Translations under genes and position numbers: made by a program
Part shown: positions 6,547 through 7,322 of the stretch, one piece after another
Layout of the letters: every line of letters starts with the position of its first letter
Numbering within the stretch: position 1 is the first letter of the stretch
The notes under the pieces: generated by a model
What the model saw: only the letters and a program-made list of their open reading frames with translations
What the model was told of the DNA's origin: nothing
Databases searched by the model: none
DNA from: a virus
Lineage: Duplodnaviria > Heunggongvirae > Uroviricota > Caudoviricetes
Length of the DNA: 7,322 nucleotides
Reading direction: 5' to 3' (one strand)
Virus record (IMG/VR): IMGVR_UViG_2579778968_000003

Positions 6547-6626
6547 AGTTAGGTAATTCTAATTTTTCTTGACTTAGGTATCCCGCGCACAATAATGTTA
6601 GAAAAGTCTAACAAGAGGGGGCTTTG
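6547..6626. promoter_or_regulatory. Divergent dicA/dicC promoter region with two operator-like palindromes
   Basis: A perfect palindrome TGTTAGA-AAAG-TCTAACA (6596-6613) overlaps a sigma70-like dicC promoter: TTGACT (6569-6574), 18 nt, TAATGT (6593-6598). A degenerate site GTTAGG-TAAT-TCTAA (6548-6562) overlaps a candidate dicA -10 element TAGAAT on the minus strand. dicA has essentially no Shine-Dalgarno and may be expressed from a short or leaderless transcript. Confidence 0.6.
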
Positions 6627-6854
6627 ATGCTTAAAGTTGACGCAATTACTTTTTTTGGCAGCAAAACAAAGCTTGCCAATGCCGCAGGAGTGAGACTGGC
6701 AAGTGTTGCTGCTTGGGGGATACTGGTTCCTGAAGGTCGCGCGATGCGTCTACAGGAGGCATCTGGCGGGGAGCTTCAGTATGATCCCAAAGTTTATGAC
6801 GAATATCGTAAGACGAAGCGGGCGGGGCGGTTGAACAATGAAAATCACTCCTGA
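6627..6854 (+). CDS. dicC: DicC-like Cro-type regulator (YdaS/DicC family)
   Basis: 76 aa from ATG at 6627, with Shine-Dalgarno AGAGGGGG 5 nt upstream. Translation ...FGSKTKLANAAGVRLASVAAW...PEGRAMRLQEASGGELQYDP... is a Cro/YdaS-type HTH. Divergent from dicA. Confidence 0.8.
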   Translation: MLKVDAITFFGSKTKLANAAGVRLASVAAWGILVPEGRAMRLQEASGGELQYDPKVYDEYRKTKRAGRLNNENHS

Positions 6855-7272
6855 ACAGGCTCGTGAGGCTCTGGATGCCTGGATATGTCGACCAGGAATG
6901 ACACAGGAGCAGGCGACGATATTAATCACTGAAGCATTCTGGGCTTTGAAAGAGCGCCCGAACATCGATGTTCAGCGTGTCACATATGAAGGTGGCGCGG
7001 TTGATCAGCGAGCGCTTAGCGTTAATCGAGTGAAGATATTCGAACGCTGGAAGGCTATCGACACCAGGGATAAGCGTGAAAAGTTCACAGCGCTAGTGCC
7101 TGCAATTATGGAGGCTATCCGGATTAGTGATTTCAGGTTGTATCGTGAGATCAGTGATGGAAAAAGTATTACGTACATGATCGCCGGGTTAAATAAAGAA
7201 TATGGCGATGTGGTGGAATCCGGACTGCTTTTTGCAGATCCTGCCGTTGTAGATCGTGAAAGGCTTTGTTGA
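6838..7272 (+). CDS. Hypothetical 144-aa protein in the cII / YdaT-like position downstream of the cro-like gene
   Basis: Complete ORF from ATG at 6838 to TGA at 7270-7272. Its start overlaps the dicC-like 3' end by 17 nt, suggesting translational coupling. No catalytic motif recognised. Position is analogous to ydaT in Rac or cII in lambda. Confidence 0.65.
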   Translation: MKITPEQAREALDAWICRPGMTQEQATILITEAFWALKERPNIDVQRVTYEGGAVDQRALSVNRVKIFERWKAIDTRDKREKFTALVPAIMEAIRISDFRLYREISDGKSITYMIAGLNKEYGDVVESGLLFADPAVVDRERLC

Positions 7273-7322
7273 ATAAATCGAACTTTTGCTGAGTTGAAGG
7301 ATCAGATCACGTATCTTCCCGA

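Noticed and set aside
6344-6965. Minus-strand ORFs 6344-6592 (alternative frame across dicA) and 6750-6965 (antisense to dicC and the cII-slot gene)
   Set aside because: Both are explained by the better-supported DicA-like, DicC-like and 144-aa genes. No independent start signals.
1-7322. Possible tRNA, CRISPR array or IS element
   Set aside because: No cloverleaf-compatible segment next to int, no regularly spaced direct repeats and no terminal inverted repeats with a transposase ORF were seen.

Overview
This window reads as the early-left (integration / recombination / immunity) arm of a lambdoid prophage of the E. coli Qin / dicB type. No search was run, so every family call rests on reading the translations and on recalled sequences of the K-12 Qin proteins. 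Almost all genes are on the minus strand, running from the immunity region towards the integrase. Order by coordinate: 3' end of a convergent flanking ORF (2-187, +); tyrosine integrase (189-1484, -); excisionase-like protein (1504-1755, -); an 823-aa protein with a C-terminal DnaQ-like 3'-5' exonuclease domain (1828-4299, -); YdfD-like small membrane protein (4393-4584, -); DicB cell-division inhibitor (4581-4769, -); DicF sRNA (about 4940-4996, -); a long leader that carries a small ORF on the opposite strand (5272-5472, +); a 121-aa ORF in the ydfB/ydfC position (5441-5806, -); YdfA (5818-5970, -); an operator palindrome; DicA-like repressor (6139-6546, -); divergent promoter/operator region; DicC-like Cro protein (6627-6854, +); and a 144-aa protein in the cII slot (6838-7272, +). 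No tRNA, rRNA, CRISPR array or IS element was seen. The points most worth follow-up are the exonuclease fusion protein that sits in the recE/exo slot without a recT/bet partner, the well-initiated small ORF antisense to the DicF precursor, and a four-site operator set sharing a TTAG-N6-CTAA core.
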